DNA from: Klebsiella pneumoniae
GTDB taxonomy: Bacteria; Pseudomonadota; Gammaproteobacteria; Eutrophobiales; Eutrophobiaceae
Length of the DNA stretch: 64,000 nucleotides
Assembly: GCA_945878555.1 (NCBI GenBank)
Contig: CAMDWI010000003.1
Location: 148,287-212,286, forward strand
Reading direction: 5' to 3'
The position numbers were made by a program, and so were the translations under genes. The notes below the pieces were generated by a model. That model made no database searches and had not been told where the DNA came from. It saw only the letters and a program-made list of their open reading frames with translations. Positions 60,999 to 64,000 of this stretch are shown here, piece after piece. Every line of letters starts with the position of its first letter. Position 1 is the stretch's first letter.

Positions 60999-61726
60999 AG
61001 ATACTGATTGTTGATGATGAGTTACCGGCGCGGCAACGTATCGCTGACCTGCTGCTGGATATCCGCAAAGATGCGGTGTTGCTGGAGGCGGGTAATGGTC
61101 TGGAGGCGGTGCAGGTGGCAGAAAAGGAGCGGCCGGATGTGGTGTTGCTGGATATCCGTATGCCGGTGATGGATGGGCTGGAGTCTGCCTTCCATATGAC
61201 CACTCTGAACCCGGCCCCGGCCGTCATCTTTGTGACGGCGTATGATGAACATGCGGTGAGGGCCTTTGAGGCGAATGCGGTCGACTATCTGCTCAAGCCG
61301 GTCCGGTTGGAGAGATTAAAACAGGCGCTAGACAAGGCGGCACTGATAAACCGCTCACTGATTGGGCGTATCGAGGCTGTGCAAGGCAAAACCCGACGTA
61401 CCCATATCAGCGCGATCAGCCAGGGCAAGATCGTGATGATCCCGATTGAACAGATACAATGTTTCAGGGCGGACAATAAATATGTCTCGGTATACCAGGG
61501 CGGCCATGAGACGCTGATAGATGAATCGTTGAAGGATCTCGAAGAGGAATTTGCTGATCGCTTCCTGCGCATACACCGCAATGCGCTGGTGTCACTCGAT
61601 CATATTGTGGTGCTGGAAAAAACAAATGATGGCAGTTATCTGGTGCAGCTGCGCGATATGCCGGAAAAACTGACCGTCAGCCGACGCCATATCGCCGATA
61701 TCAGACAAAAGCTGAAGGGTCAGTAG
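60995..61726 (+). CDS. AlgR-like LytTR response regulator
   Basis: ILIVDDE, LLDIRMP, DYLLKP, FLRIHRNALV, VSRRH. Confidence 0.92.
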   Translation: MKILIVDDELPARQRIADLLLDIRKDAVLLEAGNGLEAVQVAEKERPDVVLLDIRMPVMDGLESAFHMTTLNPAPAVIFVTAYDEHAVRAFEANAVDYLLKPVRLERLKQALDKAALINRSLIGRIEAVQGKTRRTHISAISQGKIVMIPIEQIQCFRADNKYVSVYQGGHETLIDESLKDLEEEFADRFLRIHRNALVSLDHIVVLEKTNDGSYLVQLRDMPEKLTVSRRHIADIRQKLKGQ

Positions 61727-63023
61727 GCAAACCCAGACTTGCCGTCTCTCTGGCCGCTGCCAGATTGGCCAGGCGCGCGATGACACCGTAGGTATAAAAA
61801 CGGTTCGGGTGGGCATCCGGTGACTGGGCCTTGTCCGGGGAGTTACAGCAGTCATCAAAGGCGAGGGGTTCAAACTGCATGCCGGGCGAATTCAGGTTTT
61901 CATTCGCTCCCTTCTTCGGATGGACGCGGTAGAAACCGCCGACCACGTTTTTATCGATCATATATACGACCGATTCGGCGACCGTCTTGTCCTCACCCCA
62001 GGTCTCGTTCGTATAGACGCCTTCCTGGATGATCACCTTCGTGACCTTCTGGCCTTCCTTCGTGGTCGACATGCGCGTCCTTTCCTTGCGGTTCATATCG
62101 ATCAGTTCTTCCACGCTGTGGGCCATCATCACACCCATGCCATAGGTGCCAGCGTCGGCCTTCACGACGACATACGGCTTTTGATCAACCCCATACTCAT
62201 CGTATTTCTTCTGGATCGCGTTCAGCAGTGTATTCACATTGCTTTCCAGACAGTGGTTAGTCTCGTTCTTCATGAAGTCTATTTCGCCACAGTTACGAAA
62301 CAGCGGGTCGATAAACCACGGGTCTATCCCGATTTGTCGGGAAAACTCCTCGGCAATCTCCTTGTAGTGACGGAAATGTCCCGATTTCAGCCGGGTTGAC
62401 CAACCCAGCGACAATGAAGGGATGACCGGTTGTTGCAACTGTTCCAGTACGGCCGGGCGTCCGCCTGACATATCGTTATTCAAAAGCACCAGGTCGGGGA
62501 CAAAGCCGTCGATGCTGATCTTGTCCCCGGCGCGTACCAGTGGGTTCAGTTTCAGGGTAGTGCCAGAGTCCAGAGTGATGGTCTGGGGTGCGGTCAGACC
62601 GGGAATCAGTGAGCCTATTTGCACATCGAACCCTGCCTTGCCTATCAATGAAGTCAGCACCGCCACATTTTCGAGGTAAAACATATTGCGGGTGTGGTTT
62701 TCCGGGACCAGCAGGATCCGGTCTATATTTTTGCCGGTATGTTCAACGGCCAGTTGCAGCGCCTGGATACAGAGCGCCTCATAATCGGGGTTCAGGTTAT
62801 TAAACCCGGCTGGAAACAGGTTGGTATCGACCGGGGCAATCTTGTAACCGGAATTACGCAGGTCTACCGAGGAATAAAACGGGGCCGGGGTCAGACGCCA
62901 CTGGCTGCGGAACCAGGACTCGACCTCTGCCTGGTTAGCAATGATCTGTTCCTCTACCTTCAGCAGCGGTCCATTCAGTGCAGTCGACAGATCAGGAACA
63001 GGATTTAGATTTCTTGGTACCAT
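61701..63023 (-). CDS. gshA: Glutamate--cysteine ligase (Acidithiobacillus/betaproteobacterial type)
   Basis: FYSSVDLRNSG.K..PVDTNLFPAGFNNL, KADAGTYGMG, ENLNSPG, NRFY.YGV.ARL. Confidence 0.9.
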   Translation of the reverse strand: MVPRNLNPVPDLSTALNGPLLKVEEQIIANQAEVESWFRSQWRLTPAPFYSSVDLRNSGYKIAPVDTNLFPAGFNNLNPDYEALCIQALQLAVEHTGKNIDRILLVPENHTRNMFYLENVAVLTSLIGKAGFDVQIGSLIPGLTAPQTITLDSGTTLKLNPLVRAGDKISIDGFVPDLVLLNNDMSGGRPAVLEQLQQPVIPSLSLGWSTRLKSGHFRHYKEIAEEFSRQIGIDPWFIDPLFRNCGEIDFMKNETNHCLESNVNTLLNAIQKKYDEYGVDQKPYVVVKADAGTYGMGVMMAHSVEELIDMNRKERTRMSTTKEGQKVTKVIIQEGVYTNETWGEDKTVAESVVYMIDKNVVGGFYRVHPKKGANENLNSPGMQFEPLAFDDCCNSPDKAQSPDAHPNRFYTYGVIARLANLAAARETASLGLPTDPSAFV

Positions 63024-63034
63024 GATGCCTCGGC

Positions 63035-63787
63035 TTATTCTTGTGGGGGCTGATTATACATCATATCCCCCAGAAGCGCCTGACACACGGCTATCGCGGC
63101 AACAGCTGCTGTCTCGGTGCGCAGGATCCGGGGGCCCACAGATACTTTCAGGTATCCGCAGGTAAGTGAGTATTCAATTTCCTTCTGGCTGAGTCCACCT
63201 TCCGGACCACAGAGCAACGTAATATCACCGGCGTTTCGGGTCAGATCTGCCAGACCCTGGCCGCTCTCTGGATGCATCAGCAGCCGGAGCGAGGTCGATT
63301 CGGTGCGGACCCATTCATCCACAGGCATCGCGTCATACAGTTCGGGCAGGCGGTTCCGGCCGGACTGTTCACAGGCAGCCGTGATGATTTTTTCCCAGTG
63401 TTCGCGACGCTTGCGTGCCCGGTCTTCCTCCAGCCGGACATTACTGAACTCGGTAAACAGCGGGACGATGCGGGTCACACCCAACTCGACTGCTTTCTGG
63501 ACTGTGTAGTCCATGTGTTGACCCCGCGAGATGCCCTGTGCCAGTGTGAGCGTGAGCGGGGATTCATTGTCTGTGGGGTTAAAGTGCAGCAGTCTGATGG
63601 TGATTGCCTTGCGCTCCACAGACAGGATCTCGCCATCAAAACTGCCACCCGTGCCATTAAACAGGATAACGCTGTCACCGCTTCGCGCCTTCAGCACGTT
63701 TCCGAGATGATGGGCCGCCTCGTCGTGCAGGGTGACGATAGTGTTAACTGCCAGGACAGATTTGGTATAGACCCTTGTTTTTCTCAT
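63035..63787 (-). CDS. rsmE: 16S rRNA m3U1498 methyltransferase
   Basis: QKAVELGV, ACEQSGR, GPEGG, RILRTETA. Confidence 0.96.
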   Translation of the reverse strand: MRKTRVYTKSVLAVNTIVTLHDEAAHHLGNVLKARSGDSVILFNGTGGSFDGEILSVERKAITIRLLHFNPTDNESPLTLTLAQGISRGQHMDYTVQKAVELGVTRIVPLFTEFSNVRLEEDRARKRREHWEKIITAACEQSGRNRLPELYDAMPVDEWVRTESTSLRLLMHPESGQGLADLTRNAGDITLLCGPEGGLSQKEIEYSLTCGYLKVSVGPRILRTETAAVAAIAVCQALLGDMMYNQPPQE

Positions 63788-63861
63788 TCAGACCATTACA
63801 TTAGTATTAACATCAGGATTCCCTGCATACAGGGCCAACCGTTTGAGGATACAATCGGCTT

Positions 63862-64000
63862 ATGATAACGAATAAAGTGATTATCGGGCAGGACAAAAAT
63901 GTGACCAGGGCGGTTGCCCGGTTTGGCATGGGTCAGGTTGTCCTGCACAAGCAGCTCAAATACCGTGGCGTAGTCATTGATATCGACCCGGTGTTTCTGG
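63862..64000 (+). CDS. hspQ: Heat shock protein HspQ (3'-truncated; not in ORF track)
   Basis: Manual translation MITNK...ARFGMGQVVLHKQLKYRGVVIDIDPVF; GAGG upstream. Confidence 0.8.
   Translation, partial: MITNKVIIGQDKNVTRAVARFGMGQVVLHKQLKYRGVVIDIDPVFL

Noticed and set aside
1..64000. CRISPR array, IS elements, prophage or rRNA
   Set aside because: No regularly spaced repeats and no transposase, integrase, phage or rRNA-like sequence recognised by eye

Overview
Chromosomal segment of a gammaproteobacterium (inferred from gene content and order: ftsYEX-rpoH, engB-cytochrome c4-dsbA, argH-algZ/algR, asmA-mutY-yggX-tRNA-Phe). Bases 1-30.7 kb and 53.3-64 kb are mostly housekeeping genes. These include the tail of an aa3-type cytochrome c oxidase operon interrupted by a complete, oppositely oriented second oxidase (CoxMNOP-like, subunit II fused to two heme c domains), plus rpoH, ftsYEX, prlC, xth, rpmE, engB, dsbA, uvrD, pmbA, a MoxR/DUF58/transglutaminase triad, mutY, asmA, argH, gshA and rsmE. 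Bases ~30.7-53.3 kb are an accessory patchwork ending at the 3' end of tRNA-Phe: two outer-membrane proteins, a Ser/Thr kinase, a Tat-exported M24-fold protein lacking most canonical metal ligands, a PQQ/heme c dehydrogenase, DUF1800/DUF1501, a Rieske oxygenase pair with an OphC-like protein, a secreted alpha/beta-hydrolase, an MFS exporter, a PEP-CTERM protein and a VapBC-type TA pair. No integrase, transposase or CRISPR array was seen. The strongest unannotated signals are non-coding: (i) a candidate ~117-nt sigmaE-type sRNA next to engB made of three hairpins with C-rich anti-Shine-Dalgarno-like loops, (ii) a DARS-like DnaA-box triad ~260 bp upstream of it, (iii) a CIRCE element in front of rpoH, and (iv) identical CCCGGGGGGGATC leaders forming a 13-bp inverted repeat around a divergent promoter, part of a recurring G7 ribosome-binding motif. 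All family calls are by-eye motif recognition; no searches were run.
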